A stretch of DNA of 64,000 nucleotides. Source: an uncultured Chloroflexia bacterium (GTDB taxonomy: Bacteria > Chloroflexota > Chloroflexia > QHBQ01 > JADMIH01). A program made the translations under genes and the position numbers. The number at the start of each line of letters is the position of its first letter. Positions within the stretch are counted from its first letter, which is position 1. Location of the stretch: the NCBI GenBank assembly GCA_963797095.1, contig CAWCNY010000006.1, positions 320,001 through 384,000 on the forward strand. The letters run 5' to 3'. The notes beneath the pieces are model-generated. The model was not told the DNA's origin, did not search any database, and saw only the letters and a program-made list of their open reading frames with translations. Positions 39,318 to 48,589 of this stretch are shown one piece after another.

Positions 39318-39343
39318 GAACGAACGTTCCCATAATAGTATAC
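39318..39343 (-). promoter_or_regulatory. Putative LexA (GAAC-N4-GTTC) box at a promoter upstream of TA-uvrA
   Basis: GAACGAACGTTC at 39318-39329, just downstream of extended -10 TGGTATACT. Confidence 0.65.
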
Positions 39344-39392
39344 CAAATTCGTCAAGGTCAGTCTTTCCACACGTTTCCCACATCCAGTATCG

Positions 39393-39866
39393 TCACTCTC
39401 CCTGGCTTACAGGTTGCTCGAAATCGAGGCTTGCTATGATCTCATCTCCCCAGCGTTCGCCCGTTTCTCTGAACCCCACGCTTGAGTACAGCTTGCGTGC
39501 TACTTCGTTGCCCGGCACGTATGAGAGGCTTATACCCTTCGTGCCGGGATCGTGCTCCTTGACGAGGCGGATCATCTCCTGCATGGCGGCCTTGCCGTAG
39601 CCTTTGCCCTGATGGTTTTTGTCGATCATGAAGCGGGCTATGCCCCACCTGTTAGGCTCCAGGGGCCACTCTCTCCCGTACAGCACGAACCCCACCATCG
39701 TATCGCCTGCATAGATCCCCGCCGGGATCAGTGACGGCTCGAAGCGCGACCACGCGATCGATTGGAGGTTGGTAGCAACGAAATTGGCCTGCTCTTCCGC
39801 CACCTCCAGTTTGGCGGCTTGCGTCCATGTGTCACCTGTGAGTTCCCGGATCGTAACGTCGGTCAT
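39393..39866 (-). CDS. GNAT N-acetyltransferase (BltD/SpeG-like)
   Basis: RFMID..QGKGYGK and N..ARKLYSSVGF motifs. Confidence 0.9.
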   Translation of the reverse strand: MTDVTIRELTGDTWTQAAKLEVAEEQANFVATNLQSIAWSRFEPSLIPAGIYAGDTMVGFVLYGREWPLEPNRWGIARFMIDKNHQGKGYGKAAMQEMIRLVKEHDPGTKGISLSYVPGNEVARKLYSSVGFRETGERWGDEIIASLDFEQPVSQGE

Positions 39867-39875
39867 TCTTGCTCC

Positions 39876-40340
39876 CTAGATAAGCGCGTCGTGCAGGCGT
39901 GCCAGGAAATAGGTCCACCCATCGAGGTGACCTTGCCGCTCCTCCTGGTCCTTCACTCTTTCCAAGTATGCGCTGTGCGTCAGTGTCAATTGTGTGCCTA
40001 TGTCGCCGATCGGTTCGAATCGCACATCGACGTGGCGCATGGCTGTGTTCGGCTCGTGGTCCCAGCGCCATGTGAACGCCAGCCTGCTGTCTTGCTCGTA
40101 ATGTGTGAACGTGCCTCGCAGGTCCCACTTCATCGCAGGCCATGACAGGTGGTATTGGCCGCCCTCCCACGGGTCAATCTCGGCCCTTGGCGGCCACCAC
40201 TGCACCAGCAGATCGGGCTGCATCCAGTATCTGAACAGCTCGCCCGGCATCACGCCTCTGTAGAAGGTGCTTACCATAAGCTGCTCAGGTCCGCTCGCCT
40301 GCTGGACGACCGCTTCCTCACCCCTCTGCTCCTCGATCAT
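39876..40340 (-). CDS. SRPBCC/AHSA1 domain protein
   Basis: W..PDLL.QWW, LAFTWRW, TQLTLTH and GWTYFLARL motifs. Confidence 0.88.
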   Translation of the reverse strand: MIEEQRGEEAVVQQASGPEQLMVSTFYRGVMPGELFRYWMQPDLLVQWWPPRAEIDPWEGGQYHLSWPAMKWDLRGTFTHYEQDSRLAFTWRWDHEPNTAMRHVDVRFEPIGDIGTQLTLTHSAYLERVKDQEERQGHLDGWTYFLARLHDALI

Positions 40341-40465
40341 CCTTCCTACCTCCCGCCTTAATTGTCTGTGCCGCTCGTAGCCGCGGCTCCTATATCCTTG
40401 CAGCGCCATTCTTGATCCGTTCCTCCACTTCTACCGGCAGCCTTAAAATCGTCATATTGCGCCCA

Positions 40466-41308
40466 TCATACGTGTGGCGGCCCTGCCTCCAGCCTCTTCC
40501 CAATCTTATCGAGCGCGAGCGGGGGATTGGGACTTTCGAGCCACCACGTTACACCCACCTCGGCCAGGCTCGCCATGTGCTCGCGGTCCTTCTCGCGGTC
40601 TGTGCCGCTTGTCTCGCCTGCCAGGATCACGTCGAACGGGCCATCATTCCGGCGAAACTCGCTGATGTAGGCCAGTATATCGCGCACCTCTTGAGGCGTG
40701 ACCTCGCGCTCCTCGTTGGCGATCAGCGGGAAGATGCCATCCCACTGCGCTGCCCGCCTGAAGGGCTTCTTGTTAGGCCACTGCCCCGCCACCCACACAG
40801 GGATGCGCGGCTGCTGCACCGGCTTGGGCAGGAACTGCACATCTTTGATGTGGAAGTGCTCACCATCGAAGCTGAACGGCTCGCCGCTCCACAGCCCTGC
40901 CATGATCTGTAGGCCCTCGTCCAGCATCTCGCCCCAGGCTTTCGGATCGGTCGGTTCACCGAACTTGCTGTAGTCGCCGAACCAATCGCCGCCCAGACCA
41001 ACGCCCGCGATAGCGCGCCCACCCGACAGGTGATCGAGCGTGCTAATCTGCCTTGCCAGCGTCCAGGGCCGCCGCCTGGGCACGGGTGTCACCATGGTGC
41101 CCAGCTTGATCCGTGATGTGCTGGCCGCCATCGCCGCCAGCAGCACGAAGGGGTCGGAGGCTGGCATGACGTGGGGCCCCGTCCACAGCACGTGGTCCCA
41201 AAGAAAGAACCCGTCCCAGCCCGACTCCTCCGCGATGTGCGCCAGTTCGACGCCCAGGCGTGGATCTCCACAAAGATCGAAATTAGGTATGGTAATGCCG
41301 AATTGCAT
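40466..41308 (-). CDS. LLM-class flavin/F420-dependent oxidoreductase
   Basis: GWDGFFLWDH, LDHLSGGR and PKPVQQPRIPVW motifs. Confidence 0.92.
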   Translation of the reverse strand: MQFGITIPNFDLCGDPRLGVELAHIAEESGWDGFFLWDHVLWTGPHVMPASDPFVLLAAMAASTSRIKLGTMVTPVPRRRPWTLARQISTLDHLSGGRAIAGVGLGGDWFGDYSKFGEPTDPKAWGEMLDEGLQIMAGLWSGEPFSFDGEHFHIKDVQFLPKPVQQPRIPVWVAGQWPNKKPFRRAAQWDGIFPLIANEEREVTPQEVRDILAYISEFRRNDGPFDVILAGETSGTDREKDREHMASLAEVGVTWWLESPNPPLALDKIGKRLEAGPPHV

Positions 41309-41412
41309 GCTCGTCTCTACTCCATTTGTCCACAATACCTGCATATTTCGCACGCGCTTGCCAGAGTCGTCCAAGTTCCGCCGTCCATCGTCCTCCGACT
41401 ACCGGCTACCGG

Positions 41413-41952
41413 CTACCGGCTCCCCTCCCCATCAAACCGCCACTTCGTGGGGCTGGTGGAGAACTTCGCAACGTCCCAGGCAAGCACCTTGCTCGGCCTC
41501 AGGCTGAAAAGCCCGCGCTCCTGCCACAGCTTGCCGTCGCTGGTGTAGTCGTAGCTATACTTCTCGGCGTACTTGCTGTTGAACTCCACCACCAGCCGAT
41601 CCGCAAGTTCCGCATCTGCCTGGGCAATGCCCTGCACCACTCCGTCGAGAATTATCGCGTCGTCACCGACCTCTACTTGCACCGATATGCGCGGGTCTCG
41701 CGTTATGTTGCGGCCCCAGCCCGTTTCCGGGGAGCCGTCGAAATAGAGGGTGCCATCCAGCCATACTCCCCACACAGGGCGGACGTGGGGTCGCCCATCC
41801 TGGGAGGTAGTGCCTATCCAGTAGTTCAGTGCGCCCTTCAATATGTCCGTAACGTGTTCCCATGTCAACATCCCTTCTTCCGTAGCCGGGACGCCGTACC
41901 CTTTGGGCATCCACGGCCTGCTTGCTTCCACTTTATTCGTTGTGTCGTTCAT
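41413..41952 (-). CDS. Pyridoxamine 5'-phosphate oxidase family (split-barrel) protein
   Basis: YWIGT..DGRPHVRPVWGVW and RNITRDPR motifs. Confidence 0.9.
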   Translation of the reverse strand: MNDTTNKVEASRPWMPKGYGVPATEEGMLTWEHVTDILKGALNYWIGTTSQDGRPHVRPVWGVWLDGTLYFDGSPETGWGRNITRDPRISVQVEVGDDAIILDGVVQGIAQADAELADRLVVEFNSKYAEKYSYDYTSDGKLWQERGLFSLRPSKVLAWDVAKFSTSPTKWRFDGEGSR

Positions 41953-42033
41953 GTGTGTCTCCTTGTGCGTGAAACGTGATACGTGAGTTACTGCTTACTT
42001 CGTACTGCGTATTGCATGTTCACTCGTCACTCG

Positions 42034-42885
42034 TCACTCGTAATCACGTATCACGTCCATCCACCCACAGATCAGCTTTGCCGCCAGGTCTGCTTTGCCC
42101 CAGTAAATGTGGTCGGCTCCCTCGATTATGCAGGTATCCACCCTCTTTGACGAGGTAGCGGCTCTACGCATCTCGTCCAGGTCGGACTGGGTGCCGCACC
42201 ATTCTTCCTCCGTTCCGTAGAAGGCCAGCACCGGGCACTCGATCTGCGCGATATAGGGGGTGCGCTCGTTGGAAGTCAACACGTGCTGGGCTACGCGCGC
42301 CCTATCAAGGAACGTCCTTGCGCTCATGCGGTACCACGATACCTCCAGTGGAGGCAATATCTCGTCGCTCTTCCCCTCAGCCTCCATCTTCTCGGCCATT
42401 GCTGTGCGCTCGGCATCCGCCTTCCATTTCACATCGCCAGACGCGCACACCACCCCCAGCACCCGCGGGTCCTTGCGCATCGCCTGGTAATAGGCCACCT
42501 TGTTCGCCCCGAAGCTGTGGCCCACAAGCACCACGCCCTTCGCGCCCTTCGCCACGGCCAGGTCTATCCAGGGCGCTATGTCCATTGGCGTCTCCTCGAA
42601 GCGCTCCCAGCAGGCCCCTCCCGGTGTGGCATCTCCCCTGTCGTCCCACACCACCGAGATCACATCGTGCCCGTGTGTATTGGCCGTGATAAATGTATAG
42701 CCAAGCCGGGCCACTTCCCTCCCCAACTGCACGTACGGGTAATCGTAGAACCTGCTGGTGTTGCCGTGAATCCAGAGCACGGCAACATCTTTCGTCCTTA
42801 CCCCCACCGGGCTGATGATCGCCCCTTCCAGCGCCAACCCATCCTCCCGATCCACAAACGCCAGCTCCTCGCTATACTCATTCAT
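42034..42885 (-). CDS. Alpha/beta hydrolase
   Basis: WIHG, GHSFG nucleophile and GADH; GAGGAG RBS before ATG 42885. Confidence 0.88.
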   Translation of the reverse strand: MNEYSEELAFVDREDGLALEGAIISPVGVRTKDVAVLWIHGNTSRFYDYPYVQLGREVARLGYTFITANTHGHDVISVVWDDRGDATPGGACWERFEETPMDIAPWIDLAVAKGAKGVVLVGHSFGANKVAYYQAMRKDPRVLGVVCASGDVKWKADAERTAMAEKMEAEGKSDEILPPLEVSWYRMSARTFLDRARVAQHVLTSNERTPYIAQIECPVLAFYGTEEEWCGTQSDLDEMRRAATSSKRVDTCIIEGADHIYWGKADLAAKLICGWMDVIRDYE

Positions 42886-43306
42886 CAACGCCGGCTCCTC
42901 CACGCCAATCGCCTTCCACCCACTGAATGCGCTCAACACACTGATCGTGCTCATACTGACCATTTTGCGAACCCTCCGATGCTCTCAGAACCGTCTCACA
43001 AAGCTCTCGCAGCCATCTACCAACATACTATCCGATCGCACCTGACACCTTCTGTCAGTATTGTCAGCCATCTTTTGCACATATTCTGACGGGTATTTTT
43101 CGCATGTGCCGGAGGGCCGATTGACCCCACTTTTTAACGCTCCATTCACCCTAATTCACCTCAATTCTCACTCTTCTCGCCTACACTGTTCTTGCAAGAC
43201 CCGCCCGGTTTGGTGCACGCGGCTGCCTGTGAGTTTCTGCTCGTGGGCAGCCGCGTTGCTACCACAAATTTCTGTAGCCCTCCACGGGCTGCGAAGGAGT
43301 ATTCCT

Positions 43307-44866
43307 TTGATCACATCTCTCGCCGAGCACGACATCTGGGACGGCGTTGACTTGTCCGATCCCCGTGCTTTGCTGACCGTACTTCGACAGCTTCGGCAAG
43401 AAGTCCAGCGGGACGGACTCGCGACATTCTCGCGCTGGCAGCCGGCCATCGACAAACGCGGCTTCATCCAGAGCGGGTTGAACCTGGCCTACTATCTTGC
43501 CCTGCGAAAGTGGGATCTACGCCCCTTGCAAGCCGCATTGACCCCGCTGGGCCTCTCCTCGCTTGGACGCATCGAGGGACGTGTAATGCACAACCTCGAT
43601 GCTGTGATCGCTACCCTGGGCGCGATCTGCCATGAAGACCCGGAATCGCTGCCTAAACACCCTCCCTTCGAGGCGTTCTTCTACGGAGATGACCTCCTGA
43701 ACCACCATGCCGACACACTTTTTGGCAAAATGGGCAGCCGTCGGGCCGGCAGGCGTATCCGTATCATGGTGACGCTGCCCACCGAGGCGGCGACCGACTA
43801 CGATCTGGTCCGCAACCTTCTGCAAAACGGCATGGATTGTATTCGCATAAACTGCGCTTATGACGGTCCCGATGCCTGGGCTGCCATGATAGCCAACTTG
43901 CGCCGCGCCGAGGCCGAGGTGGGCGTTTCGGCCAGAGTCTTGATGGACCTGGCCGGACCAAAGCCGCGAACAGGCCGGGTGATCACGCCTGGAGATGAGC
44001 ACCGCCTTATGCCCGGTGATACGCTTCTGCTTGTCAGGGGCGAGCCTGCGCCCGACGAGGCTTATCCGTTCCAGGCGAACTGCACCATCGTCGAAGTTAT
44101 GGATCAACTAAAGGTTGGCGAAGAGGTATGGATAGACGACGGCAAAATTGGCTTACGCATTGAAAGTGAGGAACCTCGTGGGTTTGTGCTGCGCGTACAT
44201 CAGACAGGCCCCAGGGGCGGCAAGCTGCGACCGGGCAAGGGCATGAACTTCCCCGACAGCGATCTCTCGATCAGCCCTCTCACCGACAAGGATTTGCGAG
44301 ACCTCGATTTCGTGGCCGCCAACACTCAGATCATCGGCTACTCCTTCGTGCGCGAGCCTGCCGATATAGAGCTATTGCAGAGAGAGTTGCAGAAGCGCAT
44401 AGGCAAACGCTGGCGCGACCTAGCCATCATCGCCAAGATCGAGACCAAGCGCGCAGTGCGCAATTTGCCCGATCTCATCGTGCAGGCGGCGGGCAAGCAG
44501 CCCTTCGGGGTGATGATAGCCAGGGGCGACCTCGCCGTTGAAATAGGCTACCAGCGCCTGGCTGAGATGCAGGAAGAGATCATGTGGCTCTGCGAGGCGG
44601 CCCATGTGCCCGTCATCTGGGCTACCCAGGTTCTCGAAAACCTCGTACGCAAAGGCATTCCAACGCGGGCCGAGATAACCGACGCCGCCATGTCCGAGAG
44701 AGCCGAATGTGTGATGCTGAACAAGGGGTCATACCTCACGCAGGCGGTCGGTATCCTGGTGGATGTGCTGACCCGTATGCGAGAGCATCAGGTAAAAAAG
44801 ACCCCTCAGCTAAGGGCGCTACAGACCTGGAAGCCCCGCAAAGTTTCGGAAGTACTATCTGAATAG
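43307..44866 (+). CDS. pyk: Pyruvate kinase (atypical, N-terminally extended type)
   Basis: MDLAGPK, DDGKI, AKIET, ARGDLAVE, ATQVLE and PTRAEITDA motifs. Confidence 0.9.
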   Translation: MITSLAEHDIWDGVDLSDPRALLTVLRQLRQEVQRDGLATFSRWQPAIDKRGFIQSGLNLAYYLALRKWDLRPLQAALTPLGLSSLGRIEGRVMHNLDAVIATLGAICHEDPESLPKHPPFEAFFYGDDLLNHHADTLFGKMGSRRAGRRIRIMVTLPTEAATDYDLVRNLLQNGMDCIRINCAYDGPDAWAAMIANLRRAEAEVGVSARVLMDLAGPKPRTGRVITPGDEHRLMPGDTLLLVRGEPAPDEAYPFQANCTIVEVMDQLKVGEEVWIDDGKIGLRIESEEPRGFVLRVHQTGPRGGKLRPGKGMNFPDSDLSISPLTDKDLRDLDFVAANTQIIGYSFVREPADIELLQRELQKRIGKRWRDLAIIAKIETKRAVRNLPDLIVQAAGKQPFGVMIARGDLAVEIGYQRLAEMQEEIMWLCEAAHVPVIWATQVLENLVRKGIPTRAEITDAAMSERAECVMLNKGSYLTQAVGILVDVLTRMREHQVKKTPQLRALQTWKPRKVSEVLSE

Positions 44867-44875
44867 GAGGAAGCA

Positions 44876-45112
44876 ATGTCAGCAATAGTAGAATTGAGTA
44901 AATACAGTCCCGCCGAGATCGAAGTTTATAACGTGCAGGTGTCCGATAATGACACTTTCCATCCGAAAGAAGGCATCGTGCTTAGATGGGTCTACCCCGA
45001 TGGCGCGCCCTCATTCCAATGCGTGACCTGCCACACAGAAAGCGTTTCCTACCTCAGCCCTTGCGTGCATGTGGAACAACTGAAGCGCCAGCTAGGCGAC
45101 GGATATCTATGA
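44876..45112 (+). CDS. Small putative zinc-binding protein
   Basis: AGGAGG RBS; CxxC-x10-CxH. Confidence 0.7.
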   Translation: MSAIVELSKYSPAEIEVYNVQVSDNDTFHPKEGIVLRWVYPDGAPSFQCVTCHTESVSYLSPCVHVEQLKRQLGDGYL

Positions 45113-46291
45113 TAAGTACTCTTTGAGCGTGTTTATCTCCGCCATTACCACCTCGACGGGGATGGCCCGCATCTCCGGCCCGCCCTCCAACTCCTTCGAT
45201 CCTACATCGAGGCGTTGGGTTGGGCGCGTGCCGGGTGCGCGTAATACCCGGTGCACGCGAGGGTCGCCCCACGGCCCCCAGATACTATCGTCGCTCGGCC
45301 CGTAAAGGCGCAACGTAGGCTTGTCCAGCGCATCCGCGATATGCAGCGGCCCGTTGTCTACCCCCAGCACCATGTCGGCCTTTTCAAGCACCAACACGAG
45401 TTGCGCCAGATTAGCGGTAAGGCCCACCAGATTGCGGATTTTGGATTGCGGATTTTGGATTCTGGAGAGGATGGCGTCTGTCAGGGGCTTCTCTTGCGGT
45501 GAGCCTGTTAGCGCCACCGACCACCCATTTTCGGCCAGCCTGCTTGCTACCTCCGCCCAGCCTTCGATTGTCCATAGCTTGTTTGCGGCCATTGTGCCGG
45601 GGTGTATTATCACGCGCCGCTCGGTATTGAGCCATTCCTCGATGGTCGGGTTGTCCGGCTGTTCGGCCTTCGGTGGCCTTAACTGCGGGATACCTTTGTC
45701 GCGGTCAATCTCCAGAGGCGGGAGCTTGCACGCACCCATCCCTTCCAGCATCGCTTGTACCATTATCAGGTTTTGCTCGACTTCGTGCTTGCCTGGCCTG
45801 TAGGGCACCGCGTTCGTGAGCCATTCGCCCATGCCGGGCGTTGCGTATCCCCACCTGTGCGGGATGCGTGCCGCTGCCATCAGGGCCGCGCCCCACCAGT
45901 GGTCGAACCGCAGCACGATCCCCAGGTCATACTCCTCGCGCTCCAGCCTGATCCCCTCGCGCCTGAGCAGCATGTATGGCGCGAGCACCCCGCCTTCCCT
46001 TCCACCCCCTATACCGGGAAAGCGCAGCACTTTTAGCTCGTCGAGATCGGGGTTGCCCTCCCACATAGCGCGCCCCCACGGCCCCACCATCCCGGTGATG
46101 CGGGCATCGGGGAACCCCTCGCGTATGCGCTTGAGGGCCGGGGTGGCGAATAGGAGATCGCCCAGGTGATCGGGGCGTATCACCAGCACGCGCTTGATGG
46201 GCCGTCCCATGCGCCTTGAAACCATCCACATCAGGCGCGGGCTGGTTACTCTGAGCAGCGCATCGCGCACCACTGTTTTGGTGCTGCTCAC
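45107..46291 (-). CDS. Glycosyltransferase family 9 (heptosyltransferase-like)
   Basis: DHLGDLLFATP, IHPG..KLW and DNGPLHIA..LYGP motifs; GTG overlaps the upstream stop. Confidence 0.9.
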   Translation of the reverse strand: MSSTKTVVRDALLRVTSPRLMWMVSRRMGRPIKRVLVIRPDHLGDLLFATPALKRIREGFPDARITGMVGPWGRAMWEGNPDLDELKVLRFPGIGGGREGGVLAPYMLLRREGIRLEREEYDLGIVLRFDHWWGAALMAAARIPHRWGYATPGMGEWLTNAVPYRPGKHEVEQNLIMVQAMLEGMGACKLPPLEIDRDKGIPQLRPPKAEQPDNPTIEEWLNTERRVIIHPGTMAANKLWTIEGWAEVASRLAENGWSVALTGSPQEKPLTDAILSRIQNPQSKIRNLVGLTANLAQLVLVLEKADMVLGVDNGPLHIADALDKPTLRLYGPSDDSIWGPWGDPRVHRVLRAPGTRPTQRLDVGSKELEGGPEMRAIPVEVVMAEINTLKEYLS

Positions 46292-47517
46292 GCCTCTTCT
46301 CGCCCGTTGCCGTTGGGGCGACTCGCGGTGCGGGCGTACATCTTCTCGATAGCCGCCCACACCCCCTCCACCGTCACCACGCCGTGATACTCCTCGCCTG
46401 AGCGAGCCGCTCGTCTCAATGCTTCCGCCCCCGATCCTCTCATGCCTGGCTTTGGCGCAACCGCCACGGCATGGCGCGAGGGGTCCCATGGTCCATAGCG
46501 CGCCGGGTCGCTCGGGCCGAACACCGCCACCACGGGGGTGCGCATGGCGGTTGCAAGGTGCATGGCCCCTGTATCGTGCCCCAGGAACAGCTCGCACCAA
46601 CCGATCAGCGCGGCCATCACCCCCCAATCAAGCTTGCCTACAAGGTCCACCACGCGCGGCGCTGTGGTCTCGAAGATCGTGCTCTTCAGCCTCTCTGCGG
46701 CCTCGCGGTCCTCTTTGCCCGGCCCTCCCAACAGCAGGATGGACGTATCGCGCGTCTCCACCAGCCAATCCGCTATACGCGCCCACCGCTCCGGCTGCCA
46801 CCGCTTTGATAGGAGCCTCATGCCGGGGTTCGAGCCTCCCCCCAGGTGCAGCGTCACGCAACCGTCCTCTTCGTCGCCCAGCCCCGCCTCCGATACGATG
46901 CGACCCGCCTCGTGGCGGTCCTCCTCGGTGGGGAAGAACTCCAGGAACGATTGGTCACGAGGGGCAGCTATGCCCAGGGCGCGCACCACGTCCAGGTACC
47001 ACTCGACTTCGTGTCGCACCTTGTCGGGCGGGCATGGCACAGGGTGGGTGAGCGCGATCCCGCGCCCATCGCTGTCGAGGCCCGCCCGCACCTGCGCCCG
47101 TCCCATCCGCGCCGCCAGGTTGAGCATAGGCGACCTGTCGAGCACTACCGCCGTGCCGAACTTGCCACGCCGGATCGCCCTGCCAAGCTTCGTGTAATCG
47201 GCCCACCGCGCCGATTCGCCCCCCACGGGCACATCCAGCAAGCCGTCCAGGCGCGGGTTGTGCGCGACCGCCTGCCTGGACCACCCACCCACCGCCATCT
47301 CGATATGCGAGTTGGGCAGCGCCCTCCTGAGCGCGGCGATAGCGGGGGTTGCCATAAGCACATCCCCCATGCAACACGGTTTGATTACAATCACCCTGCG
47401 TAGGTGTGGATCTGCTGGGTCCAGGCGTTTGCCTCGCCCCGGCTTTAGTCGCCAGGGCAGGCCCGCCAGCCGCGCCGCCCCGCCTACTGCCTGCGTTCGG
47501 ATACCAGGCACAGCCAA
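46288..47517 (-). CDS. Glycosyltransferase family 9 (heptosyltransferase-like)
   Basis: MGDVLMATP, KRW and DTGAMHLA..VFGPSDP motifs. Confidence 0.9.
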   Translation of the reverse strand: MAVPGIRTQAVGGAARLAGLPWRLKPGRGKRLDPADPHLRRVIVIKPCCMGDVLMATPAIAALRRALPNSHIEMAVGGWSRQAVAHNPRLDGLLDVPVGGESARWADYTKLGRAIRRGKFGTAVVLDRSPMLNLAARMGRAQVRAGLDSDGRGIALTHPVPCPPDKVRHEVEWYLDVVRALGIAAPRDQSFLEFFPTEEDRHEAGRIVSEAGLGDEEDGCVTLHLGGGSNPGMRLLSKRWQPERWARIADWLVETRDTSILLLGGPGKEDREAAERLKSTIFETTAPRVVDLVGKLDWGVMAALIGWCELFLGHDTGAMHLATAMRTPVVAVFGPSDPARYGPWDPSRHAVAVAPKPGMRGSGAEALRRAARSGEEYHGVVTVEGVWAAIEKMYARTASRPNGNGREEA

Positions 47518-48500
47518 TCGCCTTCCTTGCGCTCTTCGTGCGCGGGCAAGCCCGCCCGCTCCAATGCCGCTTTGACGGCTTCGCCACGCTCGAAGAATAT
47601 GCCTGATGATATTAGGATTCCGCCCGGCGCCAGCAGCCCGTACAGCGACCTCGATAGCTCGATGATCACGCTCGCCAGAATGTTCGCCACGATCACGTTG
47701 TAAAGTCCATTCTCTTTCGCCGCTTCCACCGACCCCAACCCAACCTCGATCCGGTCAGCCAGTCCATTTCGCTCTACATTCTGCGCCGTAGCATCCACGG
47801 CCACAGGATCGGTGTCAAGCGCCGTCACACGCAAGACATCCCCGCTCAGCTTGGCAGCCGCGATAGCCAGTATGCCTGAGCCGGTGCCGAGGTCGAGGAT
47901 GTTGGAAGGTGATATGTGATACGTGATACGTGATATGTGATCGTCTTCCTCATAGTTCCCATTCGTGCTTCGTGCTTCGTCCTTCGTCCCACCAGGCACG
48001 TAATCCTCCAGCGCCTCCAGGCAGAGGCGGGTGGTGGGGTGGAGGCCGGTGCCGAACGCCATCCCTGGGTCGAGGTCAAGCACTATGTCGCGCTCTTTCG
48101 GAGTGTAGTCGAGCCACGACGGTTTGATCACGATGTGCTTGCCCATGCGCTGCACACCGTAGAAGGCTTTCCAGGCGTTGGCCCAATCTTCCTCTTTGCA
48201 CTCTCTCACGCGTAATTCGCCTACCGGACGCATCCGGCCCAGGTGCCACAGCGCTTCCTCGATCCGGCTCTTCTTCTCCTCAGCCTCATTGTCGAGAGGC
48301 AAATAGGTGCGCACGCTGATAGGGCGGGTCGGGTCGATCTCAGGAAACTGAAGCTCGTCCCAGCTATCCTGCTCGGACTGTGGCCCCTCCACCCCCTGCT
48401 CGACCACCACCCCGCCGTTATACCCGAGGCGCGCGAAAAGCTCGCTCACAGGCTCAACAGCCTCCGGGTCAACCTCAACTGAAAGCTCTAGCCAGTTCAT
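47484..48500 (-). CDS. prmA: Ribosomal protein L11 methyltransferase
   Basis: EEDWANAWK, LDPGMAFGTGLHPTT, DLGTGSGILAI and VANILA motifs. Confidence 0.95.
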   Translation of the reverse strand: MNWLELSVEVDPEAVEPVSELFARLGYNGGVVVEQGVEGPQSEQDSWDELQFPEIDPTRPISVRTYLPLDNEAEEKKSRIEEALWHLGRMRPVGELRVRECKEEDWANAWKAFYGVQRMGKHIVIKPSWLDYTPKERDIVLDLDPGMAFGTGLHPTTRLCLEALEDYVPGGTKDEARSTNGNYEEDDHISRITYHISPSNILDLGTGSGILAIAAAKLSGDVLRVTALDTDPVAVDATAQNVERNGLADRIEVGLGSVEAAKENGLYNVIVANILASVIIELSRSLYGLLAPGGILISSGIFFERGEAVKAALERAGLPAHEERKEGDWLCLVSERRQ

Positions 48501-48507
48501 AGTCTTT

Positions 48508-48575
48508 GTGACGAGTGACGAGTGACGAGTGACGAGTGAATACGCGATACGCGATACGCGATACGCGATACGCGA
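48508..48575. repeat. Heptamer tandem repeats (GTGACGA)n and (GATACGC)n
   Basis: Direct reading. Confidence 0.9.
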
Positions 48576-48589
48576 TATTTACTCGGTAC

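Noticed and set aside
43061-43306. N-terminal extensions in the ORF track (pyk, trpE, aroF, accB, AsnRS paralog, GT9 45107-46627, secG)
   Set aside because: Better RBS-supported downstream starts exist; the extensions run through promoters, the T-box terminator, repeats or neighbouring genes
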